DNA of 64,000 nt from Stegostoma tigrinum (Eukaryota). The notes under the pieces were generated by a model. It was not told the DNA's origin. It saw nothing but the letters and a program-made list of their open reading frames with translations, and did not search any database. Every line of letters starts with the position of its first letter. The stretch's first letter is position 1. A program made the position numbers and the translations under genes. The stretch covers positions 21,993,015 through 22,057,014 of the forward strand of contig NC_081388.1 of assembly GCF_030684315.1 (NCBI RefSeq), written 5' to 3'. This document shows, piece after piece, positions 37,431-51,126 of this stretch.

Positions 37431-40400
37431 AAACAAAAAGTACCATTAATAAAGAGAATAAAACCAGTAAAATTTTGAGAAATCTTGGTTTCAAAGATCA
37501 AGATGGGGAATCAATTTAGGTAAACTAGATACAGCAAAGGAAAGAAGTCACCAGTAAAGGTTTTTTAAATTTAAAAAAACATGGGATATAGGTGTCGCTA
37601 GCTGGGCTGGTATTTATTGCCCATTGTAAGTGCCCTGCTGGTCAGCTGCTACTTGAACAACTGCAGTGCCTGAGGTGTAAGTACACCCATAGTGTTGATA
37701 GGTCAGGAGTTCTAGGATTCTGGCCTAGCACAGGGACAACAGCTTTAGCAAGCTGAGCAATAACCACTCGAAGTTAAGAGGAATGAGAAGTGATTTATTA
37801 AAACAGGAGAGATTCTGACAAAGGGGCTTGACGGAATTGTAGGAATGTTCCTTCTCCTAGAGCAGTCTAGGACTCAGGGCCACAGTTAAAAATAAAATGA
37901 TTCTCTCATTGAAGAAAGTAAGCAAGAATTTATTCCACACCTTTGGAATTATTCTTCCCACACAGCAGTGGAGGCTGGGTCATTAAAGACACAAGGCTAC
38001 ATTACACAGATTTCTGACCAACAAGGAAGACAAGATTGGGGAGTCAGGAGCTGGGTACAGGCAGGAAAGTGAAACTGGAGGCCACAATTCAATCTCTCTT
38101 CACAGATGCTCCTCACCTCCCGAGTGTTTGCCGCATTTTGCATTTTTGTTTTAGATTTTCAGTGTATGCACAAGTTTTTATTTTGTTTTCATATCAATTG
38201 GCTAAAATCATATAGTTTTACTATAAAGACAAAATACTGCTTAAAATTAGATTTCACAATATTATTACTGTCATTTTCATTCTCTGCTTCATGTTAATGG
38301 TATGGAAATGCTGTCAGATTTCTCAATGTCTTGTTAACTCTGGCAACAAATATTGTTCTATTTTGAAAGACATCTACCACAGGTATCCAAGCAGCCTGCC
38401 ATCTTCAGATTGTTACTAACTTTTAATATGGAAATTGGGGGGCCTATTGGGAGTCTTAGTCAGAGACTGTGCTGTGCATACACTAATCAGTTCAAAGGAT
38501 GACAGAACCAAATATGTTAGTAAAATCAAGTGTCAAATTAACTTTGTTTGTCCATGTACGCCTCCTCCAGGATTCAGAAAAGTAACTTGGTTCTCCCGCT
38601 AGAAACCCTCCATAAAACTTACCATTTAGAAGACATTTATTTGATTTTGTCCTTAAAACCACAAAGATCTCTTTGCCTCCAGAAGACATTCTTACACAAA
38701 GACCAAACAAAAGTCAAATTCAGCTATATGAACTTTATAAATATATTTCAACTGTTTCTGTCTTTCTTTACTTCCCTGTCCAAAGTCTTCATTAGTATGC
38801 TCCAGGGACAACTGAAAGAAAACTTGTAACTGTAGAATGGAAACGAATGAGCCTTTTCGGTTAATATGAACATCGGTAATTAGAATGAAAATATGAAAAG
38901 CATTTAATTGCCACAGGCTGTTCAAGGTCATCAACGTCAAGTTTGTATGGATCAGGTTCACAGTAAAACTTCCTTAACTTTAGAATAAACTTGGTCTTAA
39001 TATTTAAATATATCAATCCTAAATTATGAACAGGTTTGTGTTTAGTTACCCTTTTAGCAATGGATTTAAATATTCTCCAATCTCATACAACATCGAGTCT
39101 ATCATCAGTGCAGTTTGGAGACTTTGGAAGCTACAAATTCATTCACTTAAGAGTTTGTCATCCCAGGGATAGTTAGTTTAAAAGCTTTTAAACTATTTGT
39201 CTGCACTGAATTTAGCAAAAATGGTCCCAAACATGAAGAGTCAGTGTGGGACCTTCTGTTTCTTTTTGGGTCTCATGCTCAATAAATAGGTGCCTAGAAA
39301 CCCGACCTGATGTTTTTGCAAGGTGTGCTGCATCTTTCTCCAAACAGACAGCTGAGAAAGCAGCAGACAGCCTTCCTCCAGAATACAGTCCCTGGAAATG
39401 GAAATCCTGCCTAGAAACAGTTACCAGCAAGTCAGTCAGTCAGAGGAGTAGGGGAATACTGAAAGATAGTGTTCAGCAACCATCCCTCCTGCCTGATGTC
39501 CAGTTCCTCAATCAAGCACAAGTCAATGCAAATCAACAGATACCACACCTTCTCAAAACTAATAGCCTATCCACAATGGTTTACCAGTCAGATGGACTGA
39601 CTCTCTGTCATACCTGAAGATGAGATACTTTGGCCCAGGTGGGAATAGACCCTCAAGTGGTTGTTAAGTGACTAATTGACAATTTAATGGCCCAACTGGC
39701 AGTGAAGCAGGAAGGTCTGGTTTGGGCTTTCCCAGTCATAACTTAATTCAAGTAAAGGTGGGAAAGCACAGGAGATCTGGGATATTACCGTCCTGCCTAA
39801 CTAAATTGTCTTCCTATTTCCAGGCCCACTACATCTGGGATTGGAAGATTCAGCTCAACGTTCTGGAGATCTTCATTTCCACACCTCCAGCACATTTCAT
39901 GTTTCTAGAGGTGGACTTGTATTTCTGGAGATAGTTATTTCTTGGGGCTAATGTTGCATCTCAACTTCAGTTAAGAAATGAGCACTATAATTACTCAAGA
40001 TGGTGGGTGAGATTTAATGCGAGTAAAGATGAACATATCTAGGCTTGAAGACTAACAACCACATGTGACAACTACCAGTCTGTCATTGTGACAGTAATGA
40101 AACAGTGGGCAAGGAGATTACTGGGACTGACATTCATGATTGAGACACAGCTAATTAAAACATATTTATTGAAAAGAATTTTTAAGCTGTAGAACCACTA
40201 TGATTCAGCAATGTAGTAACTTAAAACTTAAAAAGCATTTAGTAACTTAAAACACCTCAATGTCATTTTAAGGCAGAAATAATCCCTCTCGAATTTACGT
40301 TTTTCTGCATTGAGTGCACATCATGCTTCAAATGGTCCACATTTTAAAAATCATCTTGCATAGTTCTGATTATTTTCTGTAAAATCTAAACAATTTTGGA

Positions 40401-43400
40401 CTATTTAATGCACTTTTCTACCGTACCCACTGATATACCATGAGTAAAACCTATAGGAGATAACTTGTAAATTACTTCTGGACTATTTGGCTATACAGTA
40501 CTTGAGAACAATTTCAAAAAAGATTAAACGTCATACTATGTATTTGTAGGTACATAAAGATTTTTTTTAAATGTAATGGATTACATCAGTTTAAAAGTAT
40601 CATTCTTTTAACATATCCTGGGACCACAAACTCTTAAGTGAACTTGTAACTTCCAGAAATGAGATTCACATATCAAAGAAACACATTCAACTGTTAATCT
40701 AGCAACACTGTTGCACTTGTTAAACTGAATTATTTAACTCCGAATGAGATCTGCCCTCATTATGTCATTGGTTACACTAGGTTTGAGTTACGGATTTTGG
40801 TGAAGAAACATAACAGCTGTGAGAATCTCAGCATGTGTAATTTAGGTATGTTACTGTATGCAGAGATAATGGGAACTGCAGATGCTGGAGAATCCGAGAT
40901 AAGGTGTAGTGCTGGATGAACACAGTAGGCCAAGCAGGAAAGCTGACGTTTCGAGCCTCAACACTGTATGCACACTGGAGTAACAGTGTGATAGTGATGG
41001 ATGAGATCAGCAGTTGCCCTACTAATCTTGAAACTTGACATTAAGTTTGAATTTGCTCATGGAACTGGAGACCTCCATACTCAATTTCACTAAATCAGTA
41101 TTTCCTACAGCTTGGACTTCAACAGGAAAATGGGAAAAACCATAGCCAACATTCTGCCCTCGATCCTCATCAAAATTTCCCCCGACTTTTTTGAAAAATG
41201 CTACAGTTCCACAGCTATCTAACAACTTTTCACATTCTACATTTAGGGGTTTTAAATCATAAGAGTTGAAGAATGAAACCCAAGGTGGCTTTGTTTACTG
41301 TACTATGAATGCCTTGAAATAAGAGTCTACAACCATCAGACATTTGGAGGTTGAATGAACACCTTACTGAGTACAAGTAAAAGTCACAAGAAATCTTGAC
41401 CCTTAACTTCAAAGCAGTACCCAGATTCAATAGCGGCAAATCTTCCAATTTCTGATAAGTTTTTGACTTGATTTTTTTTCCAAATGGTCTAATTGAAATT
41501 GACAGACATTTTTGAGTTAGGAAATTTACTTGAGTAGAATTGTCTGTTCATTGTATCTTAAAATTTTTTTTAAAAATAGCTTTGTGACACAGCATAGTTA
41601 TTAGTATTCATGTCCTTTTACTCTTGTGTAATAAAAATTGTTCCATTTCAAGCAGTGAAATTGGTGGCGTTATTCTTTTAGTAAATAGCTGGGATTTCAG
41701 ATTTCCCTTCCAAAAATTTAAATATTACTGGTTTCTGGCTGATTCTAACAAACTCCACAAATACCAAATGGCCTGCTGAATAATACCAGAATTTCGTCTG
41801 TGTCTTGCTTTTGCAGATGCCTCCTTTTCAGCATCCCCATTAAGTGAACTGAGGAAGGGGCAAGAAAGTGAATATGCAACAATTTCATGGAGACAAAATG
41901 TCAGTTTGTATCAGCTACGCCATCGAGTGGAGAAAGAAATGTCTGACATGAACTTATTCCTGTGGACCCCTCACACTAGCTTGGGGCTATACAAGAGAGG
42001 AGTGGTGACCTGCATGTCATCTTGATTTAGAAACACTGCATGAGAGGAAGAGGTGCACTTTTCCTTAAATGGATGTTAAGAGAATTGATAAGGCGTATAA
42101 TAAACTAGCTTACTATGGTTCGTTAAGGATTTACAGTACACAGACATATTTTGAATTTGTCATATTGTGCTAAAGATGCAAAACAATCTTTGAAGAAAGT
42201 CAAGTTTTTCCTGTTTTTACAGCCTTGAGGCAGGGATAACCAACCTCTTTTGTGATGAGCACTCGGCGGGAAATAAGCTTAATCCTGGTTTTGTCAGCAA
42301 CACTCAAATCTCATGAATTAAAATAATTTAGGAAAGGTGACCAAAAGTAGAAGTTCAACAGATAGTTCTTGATGGCAGAGTTGGAGAGAATGAATAGGCA
42401 AAAGAAAATGACAGCATACAGAAGACTGAGATAAACAATAAGCCAGAATCAGTAGGAAGATCAGTGCTGTGAATAAGTGGTTAATAAAGAATTAAACACA
42501 GTCCTTTGGAGATTGGAAAAAAATGAAAATTTTTAAAAAGTATAAATCTGGAGATTTTGAGCCAGTGGAGGACAGGTAGCATGATTAAATGAGCCTTTTT
42601 ACAAGTTAGGGAGAGCACCACACCTGGAAAAACCAACATCAACTCGGTATCACCAAGCAAAAGGAGTACATACTTTGTCGTCATTCCACTTTTATCTTCA
42701 AATAAAAAAGGTCAGGTTGCAAGTGAACAGGAATGCATTGACAATATGCTGCCCACCTGCAGGGAAGCAGGAGAACTTCCAATCTGACTGTTGTGATACG
42801 ATTTTAATGATTAGGATAAGTTGATACTATGCTTTTAAAAAAAACTATTTTTTAAAAAAGCATGCTAGATTGTAGGCGTTTATAAATAAAGGCATTGAAT
42901 ATAAAAGCAAAGGTATGCATATTTATAAGTTACTGGTTAAGCCTCAGCTGGAGAATTGTAACTTATTGGGTGCATCAAACAATTTATTAGGAAAAGGAGT
43001 AGATGAGATTTACTGGAACGGTAGCAAAGATAAGGTTCACAAAGATTGGAGTATCTAGGGTTCATTTTACAGAAGAGGTTAGGGGATCCAGTAGGTGTTC
43101 AAAATTATAAAGGGTTTTGATCAGCATAGATGGTAGCAACTGTTGCAACTAATCCGAAGATTGATAACCAGGATGCACACATTTAAGATGATTGGCAAAA
43201 GCACAATGAGATTTTTTAAGTTTTATTTTATGTAGTAATTTATGCAGTGCCCAAAATAATTATGTAAACAAATACAACAATAACTATCAAACAGGATAAG
43301 GTTTGGGAATTAAATAGCTCTGTCAAAGGGCCTTCATGGGAAGGGTAGATTGCATAGTTTCTTCTGTGTCATTAGACTCTGCAGCTACAAAATCTCAAAT

Positions 43401-43479
43401 ATATATGCCTGTTGTTGCAAAATATAAGAATATATAAATAATTGATAGCTATTGTAACACTATTAGCTTAGTGATACAT

Positions 43480-44260
43480 TGGAGAGGTGTGGTGGACAAC
43501 GAAGAAGGTTACTTCAGAGTACAACAGGACCATGATCAGATGGGCCGACGAGTTGCAGATGAGTTTAATTTAGATAAATGTGAGATGCTATATTTTGGTA
43601 GGGCAAATCAGGGCAGGACTTGTACACTTAATGCTAAGGTCCTAGGGAGTGTTGCAGAACAAAATGACCCTGAAGTGTAGGTTCATAGTTCCTTGAAGGT
43701 GGAGTTGCACTCAAGGTAATGAAGGTGGTGTTTGGTATGCTTGCCTTTATTGGTCAGTGCATGGAGTGCTGGACTTGGGAAGCGATGTTGCAGCTGTACA
43801 GCGCATGAGTTAGGACACTTTTGGAATACTGCATCTAATTCTGGCCTCCCTGCTGAACATACTGTGAAACGTGAAAGGGTTCAGAAAAGATTTACAAGGA
43901 TGGTGCTGGGAATGAAGGGATTGAGCTATAGGGAGAGGCCGAATAGGCTGGGGCTACTTTCCTTGCAGCATCGGACTCCAAGGGATAACCTTATAGAACT
44001 TTATAAAATCATGAGGTGCGTTGGATAGGAAGAACAGGGGAGGTCTTTTCCCTAGGGTAGGGGAGTCCAAAACTAGAGGGCATAGGTTGAAGGTGAGAGA
44101 GGAACGATTTTTCATGTAGAGGGTGGGGTGTGTGAGAAGTGAGCTGCCAGAGGAAGTGGAGGAGGCTGGTGCAATTACTACAGTTAAAAGGCATCTGGAT
44201 GGATATGTGAATAAGTAAAGGTTTAGAGGGATATGGGCTAAATACTGGCAAATGGGAATT
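43480..44260 (+). mobile_element. Old CR1 3' fragment
   Basis: EFNLDKCEML.FGR and ERVQKRFTRM...DNLIELYKIMR, frameshifted. Confidence 0.85.
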
Positions 44261-44269
44261 TACTATTTC

Positions 44270-46284
44270 CATGGTTGGAACACCGTATTGAGAAATTAGG
44301 ACAAGCAACCTATTTTTCAAAGCTGGACTTACACAAAGGATACCGGCAGATACCTTCATCCACGGGAGCAAAGAAAATTTCAGCTTTTGTAACACCAAAT
44401 GGAGTGGACAAATTTAAAGTCATACCATTCGGTATGTAAAATGCACCAGCAACATTTTGAAGACTAACCAATAAGGTCAGTGGGATTACCCAATTGTATG
44501 GTATAAATCGCTGATCTGGTGATTTTTAGTCACACATGGAAGGAACATTTGCAGCATTCATCTCAATTGGTCGAACATCTTCAGAAGGTGAGCTTGGTGA
44601 TAAAGCTGGCCAAGAATGAGTTCATAAAAGCCCAAGTCACGTTCCTTGGGAATGTCATTGGACATGAACAAATGGCTCCACCGGATATGAAAACAAATGT
44701 TATCCAGGAGTTTCCCATCCATCGATGAAAAGGGAAGTATTACAATTCCTGGACGGAGCAGTTTTTTAATTGAAATTTAGTACCAAACTTTAGGAGCATG
44801 GTTGCTCCACTGACTGCCTTCCTAAGAAGTGCAGGAAATTCCAGTGGACAAGAGGATTATCACAAGGCAGTTGGCAGCCTGAAAGCTGTGCCAACCACCA
44901 CCCGAGTATTAGCCATACCTAATTATGCAAAGCTATTCAAAGTGGCTATTAACACTAGTGATTTGGGTGATGGTGGTGTACTCTTCCAAGATGACAAAGA
45001 GAAGATAGCAAGACCTATTGGATATTTTTCCAGTAAGTTAAATATTCATCAAAAGGAATACTTCACAATTGAGAGAGACCATCAGTTTGGTGTTGGCATT
45101 GCAACATTTATAAAAACCAAAAGAAATGCAGATGCTGTAAATCAAGAACAAAAACAAAGTTCCTGGAAAAGGTCAGCAGGTCTGGCAGCATCTGTGGAGG
45201 AGAAAACAGAAGTTCTGAGGAAGGGTCACACCTGACGCGAAACATTATCTCTGTTTTCTCCTCCACAGATGCCACCAGACCTGCTGAGCTTTTCCAGCAA
45301 CTTTGTTTTTATTTCAACGTTTATGTTGCCAATACTAATATACTCATCAATATATACTAATCATAACCCTTTTACACTTTTGGAAAAATGTAAAAGGTAA
45401 AAATAGCATACTCTTTATAATGGAGTTTATTGTTACAGATATTTAAATGTGAAAATTATACATGCTGCAGGATGAGAGAATGCAATTGCCGAAGCATTGT
45501 CACTATTTTGAAGGAAATTAAGGTGTCCGGTGGAGGAAGAAAGGGATTGAGATGAGCTGTATTATTGAATGTTTGTGTGCTTAGAATCAATGGTTATGTA
45601 CAGTGGTGTACCAAACAGTGTAAGACTAAAGATTTTTTATAAGAAGAAAACCATCTTTGTATATTGGCTGTTCATTTTTAAGGGGGTGGAGCTATGTTGA
45701 TACTACAGCTTTTAGAGATATATTTTGTCCTTTTATTTGAAGAGAGGTTTTCAACAATAGGCATTGAGCTGTTTCCTCCAAGTCAATAAAGTAAACAGCT
45801 TGAGGAGCCTTGGGGCTTTTTATTTAATTTCAAACAATAGAAGTGGCATGAATGAGTGGAGTCAGGCTCCCACAGAACCGGGGTTATAGTTCAGCTTTCA
45901 GCAATTATTGAGTTTTGAAGTTGGCTATGGAAGCTCTGTCTCACATGTAGTTCTGGCAGCAGAGAGAGAATCTGTTTTACTGAATTTTCTTTGCCAAGGG
46001 TGTGTTTACAGGGTGTTACTAATATTGGAGCAGCTGCTGCTTAGTAGTTAAATAATCTATTATTCTTTTCGGTTTTCCAATAGAGTTAAAGTTACACAAA
46101 TTCTTCTTTGTACTGTTTGTATTTTAACTGTGCAGTAAGAATAAACTATGTTTTGCTTAAAATTGAGTAGCGTACCAACCAAATTACACCTAGAACACGG
46201 CACCTTAAAGAAGGTAAAAGTTAGGATGTAGGCTATCTCTTTGATATGTCTGAAAGGGGTTTGGTCTGGTCCAGTCCACAACCA
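44270..46284 (+). mobile_element. Decayed Gypsy element 3' half (RT-RNase H, PPT, probable 3' LTR at about 45695-46284); Gmr1-like domain order
   Basis: Motifs EKLGQATYFSKLDL.KGY.QIP, SAFVTPNG...PFGM.NAPATF, VTFLG.VIG, RPIGYFS.KLN.HQK.Y.TIE and H..G.EN..AEALS are followed by the purine tract aagggggtggag and a TG-initiated LTR-like segment containing AATAAA. Confidence 0.8.
45111..45312. mobile_element. Short fold-back PLE derivative (second family), inserted in the RNase H region of the Gmr1-like element
   Basis: Inverted arms around the centre ctgaggaagggtcacacctgacgcgaaac. It interrupts the LQHF|NVY coding remnant. Confidence 0.82.
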
Positions 46285-46812
46285 TGTCCAAACTTAGGGT
46301 CACCAATAAATCCAAGGAATTCAAGGTAAACCTTTTGACAGTGATGGGATATAGAAAATGATATGGCATGGAATGCTGATGCAAGTATTAGAGATACATT
46401 GCAGGGGAAAATAAATTAAGGGAGGAAAAAGGAATAGAGGAATACAAAATGAAGGCTAAAGGAAGAAGTGTGGCAAGAAGGGCATAAAACATCACATAAA
46501 CCAATTACGCTTTTTTCTATGATGTTAATTGTATCCAACTATGAATTTTAGCTTCTCTGTGGACAGAAACTTTAAGATATTCCAAGGGAATTTCTAAAAC
46601 AAAAATTAATGAAATTAAAAAAGTTAATCTTGGAAAATTATTCACTACAAAAAAAATTCTAGGGAGTACAAAAATACAGTTAGGAAATGAAAGAGGCAGA
46701 GAATGTAAAAAAGCTGTGGGAATAGAAAAGAAAAATCAAGAAAGCCCATCAACATGAATATATAAATGACGCAATTAGATATCTTTAGGTTTGATAAATA
46801 CAATAAGAGAAC

Positions 46813-47493
46813 GTACAGCAGGCAGTGAAGAAAGCTAATGGCATGCTGGCCTTCATAACAAGAGGAATTGAGTATAGGTGCAAAGAGGTCCTTCTGCAGC
46901 TGTACAGGGCCCTGGTGAGACTGCACCTGGAGTATTGTGTGCAGTTTTGGTCTCCAAATTTGAGGAAGGACACTCTTGCTATTGAGGGAGTGCAGCATAG
47001 GTTCACAAGGTCAATTCCCGGAATGGCGGGACTATCATATGTTGAAAGATTGGAGCGACTGGGCTTGTATACACTTGAGTTTAGAAGGATGAGAGGGGAT
47101 CTGATTGAGGCGTATAAGATTATTAAGGGATTGGACACTCTGGAGGCAGGAAGTATGTTCCCGTTGATTGGGGGGGTGGGGAAAGAGTCCAGAACTAGAG
47201 GACACAGTTTAAAAATAAGGGGTAGGCCATTTAGAACAGAGTTGAGAAGAAACTTCTTCATCCAGAGAGTGGTGGATATATGGAATGCTCTGCCCCAGAA
47301 GGCAGTGGAGGCCAACTCTCTGGATTCTTTCAAGAAAGAGGTGGATAGAGCTCTTAAAGATAGTGGAATCAAGGGTTATGGGGATAAGGCAGGAACAGGA
47401 TACTGATTGTGGATGATCAGCCATGATCATAAATGAATGGTGGTGCTGGCTCGAAAGGCCGAACGGCCTACCCCTGCACCTATTGTCTATTGT
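46813..47493 (+). mobile_element. CR1 3'-end fragment, young subfamily, copy 3
   Basis: ORF 46825-47406 is the CR1 ORF2 C-terminus, with a G-rich in-frame insertion near 47170 and the tail ctattgtctattgt. Confidence 0.94.
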
Positions 47494-48165
47494 AATTTAG
47501 AATTAATGTATCAAGAGGGACAATATTGTTGTGCATTATGTTTGTACAAAGCTTTTGCAAAACAAATGACATGTATTTTCTAATTTATATATTTCTTATC
47601 TGTATAATGCTGAATATAATTTACACCATAATTTTAATATGTGTGCAAAGCAAACTTTTCTGACTGGTTTCCATTTTTCAGCAAATCTGTACAAGTGAGC
47701 ACACGTGGTGACATGCTGTTTTCCATTATCCACTTACTTTACTGTGTCTCACAAAAGTCCACCATATAATTAACTTTAACTTGAGCAATGCCATTGTACT
47801 CCATAAGTGTTGCTTCTCAAACTAAATATTTAATTAATAATACCTTTAAGGTTAGACTGAAATTTTGCCTAATGAAAAAGTTATCCATGCTCTTCTATAT
47901 CATCAATTAATTCCAGCAACGTGAGCATTACAACTTCTGATATACTTTAAAATCGTGACAGACCATACAAACAACTATCATGCTGTGGCACAAAAGGAGA
48001 AACTCTTAATACTAGAGTGGTAAATCAAATAGTACAGGTATATTTAAGGACAAGTTAGGCAAGGATTATATGGTGAAGGAAACAGATGATGACAATGGTA
48101 TATTTAGGTGAGGTAAGATAGGAAGAGGCTCATGTGAAGCAATGAACAGCATGGACTAGTTGGGC

Positions 48166-48227
48166 CAAAAAGCCTGTTTCAGTTCCTCACGATGTACAAA
48201 AAGCCTGTTTCAGTTCCTCACTATGTA
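48166..48227. repeat. 31-bp tandem duplication in an old CR1-type 3' tail
   Basis: caaaaagcctgtttcagttcctcac[g/t]atgta, two copies. Confidence 0.92.
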
Positions 48228-49209
48228 ATCCAATGGAATTAAAAAAAACTCTTAGTTACCTACCTAATAACAGAAACAGAGGTATGTCTGATTGAGTATA
48301 ATTTGATACTGTTAGCTTCACGCCAATGCACAAAAAATTGAACAATTTAAATTTACAGCACTTGGCATTTACAAGTGATAACAGTTGCAACAGGTCAGTG
48401 ATTAGGAACTGGACATCTAATGGGAGAGATGATGGTGGTGGTTAGTGGGGTATGCTGGGCGGCGGGGGGAATCTCAAAAGACAAGAAAGGTCTGGAAATA
48501 TGTGAAACATGAGGCTGATGGGGGTACATTTACTAAGAAAGATGTGGGCAATGAGGCCCAGAGAGTGAACACACTGCAACCAAAACAAAACTGGTAACAA
48601 CAGGACCTCACACAAGAAGCAGACTGCTCAGCGTACTGGAGGGTGTATAAGGAATGGAGTAGGACTCAGAAAATAAGGTTCTACAGGTATTTATAGGGGA
48701 ATGGGGAATATCAAATCTGAAAATTAATCCTCTGCGGTGCAGAAATACAAACAACTACAGAGGAGGATCTTAATGTCGACAAAAACATGGAACTGCAAGG
48801 ATAACACTTGAGAAATTCAGCCACTGAAACATTAAGAATAATTAAGCCTTCATTAGGAAGGGAGTGGAAGAGATTAAAGTTTCCTCTATTTTTGATTGTA
48901 AATATCCTACGTGAAATCAGTTTAATGGTCTAAATCTACTTCCTTAAGAACCAAAATCTTGAAGATGTGCAAGGGGTTACTCTTCTGAGATAGGGCAAAT
49001 TAAAGTCTCTACGTAATACCGCAACTGAAATGCTTGGTTCTAGTATTCCACAGCACCAACACCAGCAGTCACAGAAGAGGTCAGGTAAGCGTTGGATATA
49101 AATCAGTATACATAGGATATGGTATTAATTCTCCTAATAAATGTGCTTGTTATTTTTTCCTAAAAAAAAGTCAGTCTATTTTCTTTCACAGTGCTCAAAT
49201 GACTGGCAA

Positions 49210-49897
49210 AAGAAAGCAACCATGCAGGTACAGCAGGCAGTGAAGAAAGCTAATAGCATGTTGGCCTTCATAACAAGAGGAATTGAGTATAGGAGCAAAG
49301 AGGTCCTTCTGCAGCTGTACAGGGCCCTGGTGAGACTGCACCTGGAGTATTGTGTGCAGTTTTGGTCTCCAAATTTGAGGAAGGACACTCTTGCTATTGA
49401 GGGAGTGCAGCGTAGGTTCACAAGGTCAATTCCCAGAATGGCGGGACTATCATATGTTGAAAGATTGGAGCGACTGGGCTTGTATACTCTTCAGTTTAGA
49501 AGGATGAGAGGAGATCTGATTGAGACGTATAAGATTATTAAGGGATTGGATACTCTGGAGGCAGGAAGCATGTTTCCGCTGATGGGTGAGTCCAGAACCA
49601 GAGGACACAGTTTAAAAATAAAGGGTAGGCCATTTAGAACAGAGTTGAGGAAAAACTTCTTCACCCAGAGAGTGGTGGATATATGGAATGCTCTGCCCCA
49701 GAAGGCAATGGAGGCCAACTCTCTGGATACTTTCAAGAAAGAGATGGATAGAGCTCTTAAAGATAGTGGAATCAAGAGTTATGGGGATAAGGCAGGAACA
49801 GGATACTGATTGTGGATGATCAGCCATGATCATAATGAATGGTGGTGCTGGCTCGAAGGGCTGAATGGCCTACTCCAGCACCTATTGTCTATTGTCT
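49210..49897 (+). mobile_element. CR1 3'-end fragment, young subfamily, copy 4
   Basis: ORF to 49809 is the CR1 ORF2 C-terminus, followed by the tail ctattgtctattgtct. Confidence 0.94.
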
Positions 49898-50857
49898 AAA
49901 AGCTGGATAAAAATCTTACACAAGTGGAGTTTGAGCTGGTATTACATAAACAAAATCATTAGCACCTAGGCTGCACCAAAAAAAAATGCAGAACACACAC
50001 TTTTCAGAACATGAGTAAAGAATATGGATTAAAATCAAAAAAGATGAATTAACCTAAACAATTCCTAGAATTCCCAGTGCCAGAAATTCTAAGACACATG
50101 TACCCATTGTCATTTCTTTTCAATTCTTCTGCTAAGTGTGTGTGGATATAAAGACATGAAAAAGGAACAGATTAGGACTTGGTACCAGTATAGACTTTCA
50201 ACAATCTGTGCATCTTATCCCGATGATCATGTGTTCATTGGTGTGCATGTGACCAAGTGAGCACAGGCATGAAAAAAAATCCTATTCATCACCACAACCT
50301 CTCTGAATGGTTCCTTAAAATAGGTACAGCCCCACGTCAGCAACACCAGTTAATGCATCCTTCTCCCATCAGGCATTTAACTAGCTCAGATTCACTACAA
50401 ATATAAAAGTATGCAATTATGCACCAAATAAAAGGTTTCTTAAATTTATTCTAAAGCTATGATCAGATGGGGTGTACCAATAACATTTTTTTTCAACTGC
50501 AAATAGCTGTTTATATATCCTTAAAGTGAAATTGGCTGCATCACAGTGTGGAGGAATTTTTAAGCATAGCAACATTTTTGGTAGTGATTGGTTTTATTTT
50601 GTTTTTTTTTTGCAAATAGTCCTCTCACTGCAATGGCAAAGCAATCGCCATCCAATTTACATGAAGGGCCAGTCACAGAAAATGCTACCATTATACGAGT
50701 GGAACTGACATTGTACTATCATTTATGCCCGCGAGACTGACATATGTACTTTCTACTGTGAAATTCACATCATTTTGATTTTTTTAATCAATCGATTTAC
50801 ACTATTTGCTTGCATGTAAGGTATTAAAAGATAATCAATAAATTAGACAAAATAAAA

Positions 50858-50866
50858 AAAGGATAT
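50858..50866 (-). promoter_or_regulatory. U12-type (minor spliceosome) AT-AC 5' splice site of CACNA1A intron 1
   Basis: Minus strand reads ...GAATGGCC|ATATCCTTT, a perfect match to the U12 donor consensus RTATCCTTT. It lies exactly where homology to Cav2.1 stops. Cav alpha-1 genes are known to have a U12 intron at this position. Confidence 0.92.
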
Positions 50867-51126
50867 GGCCATTCAGTGATCTTTTTGGCATATTTTCTTA
50901 CAAAGTTGTCTTCACTGAAGAGAAAGAGAGATCTGTTAACTGTGAAGCAGTTTTGTCGGACTGGGATAGGATTGTAGAGAGCCATGGTCCGGGCTCTTTG
51001 GGCCATCGACTGCTTGTACATCCTTTGAGGTGCTCCTGGCGGTCCGCCCTGACGGCTGCCGCCGCGTCCTCCGCCTCCTTGGCCGGCTCCATACCTGGCC
51101 GGCACCTCGTCTCCAAATCTCGCCAT
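50867..51126 (-). CDS. CACNA1A: First coding exon of voltage-gated calcium channel Cav2.1 alpha-1A subunit (N-terminal cytoplasmic region up to ...KKITEW-P)
   Basis: Translation [87 protein letters not shown] matches the Cav2 N-terminus. 'MARFGDE.PARYG', '[24 protein letters not shown]', 'VRQNC' and 'YAKKITEWP' favour CACNA1A over CACNA1B/1E. ATG is at 51126-51124. The exon is 260 nt and ends in phase 2 inside the Pro codon, as I recall for mammalian exon 1. Confidence 0.93.

Noticed and set aside
42122-42129. TCCTTAAC U12 branch-point-like motif on the minus strand
   Set aside because: It is not followed by a suitably spaced AC and exon 2 coding sequence. One such 8-mer is expected by chance in about 50 kb.
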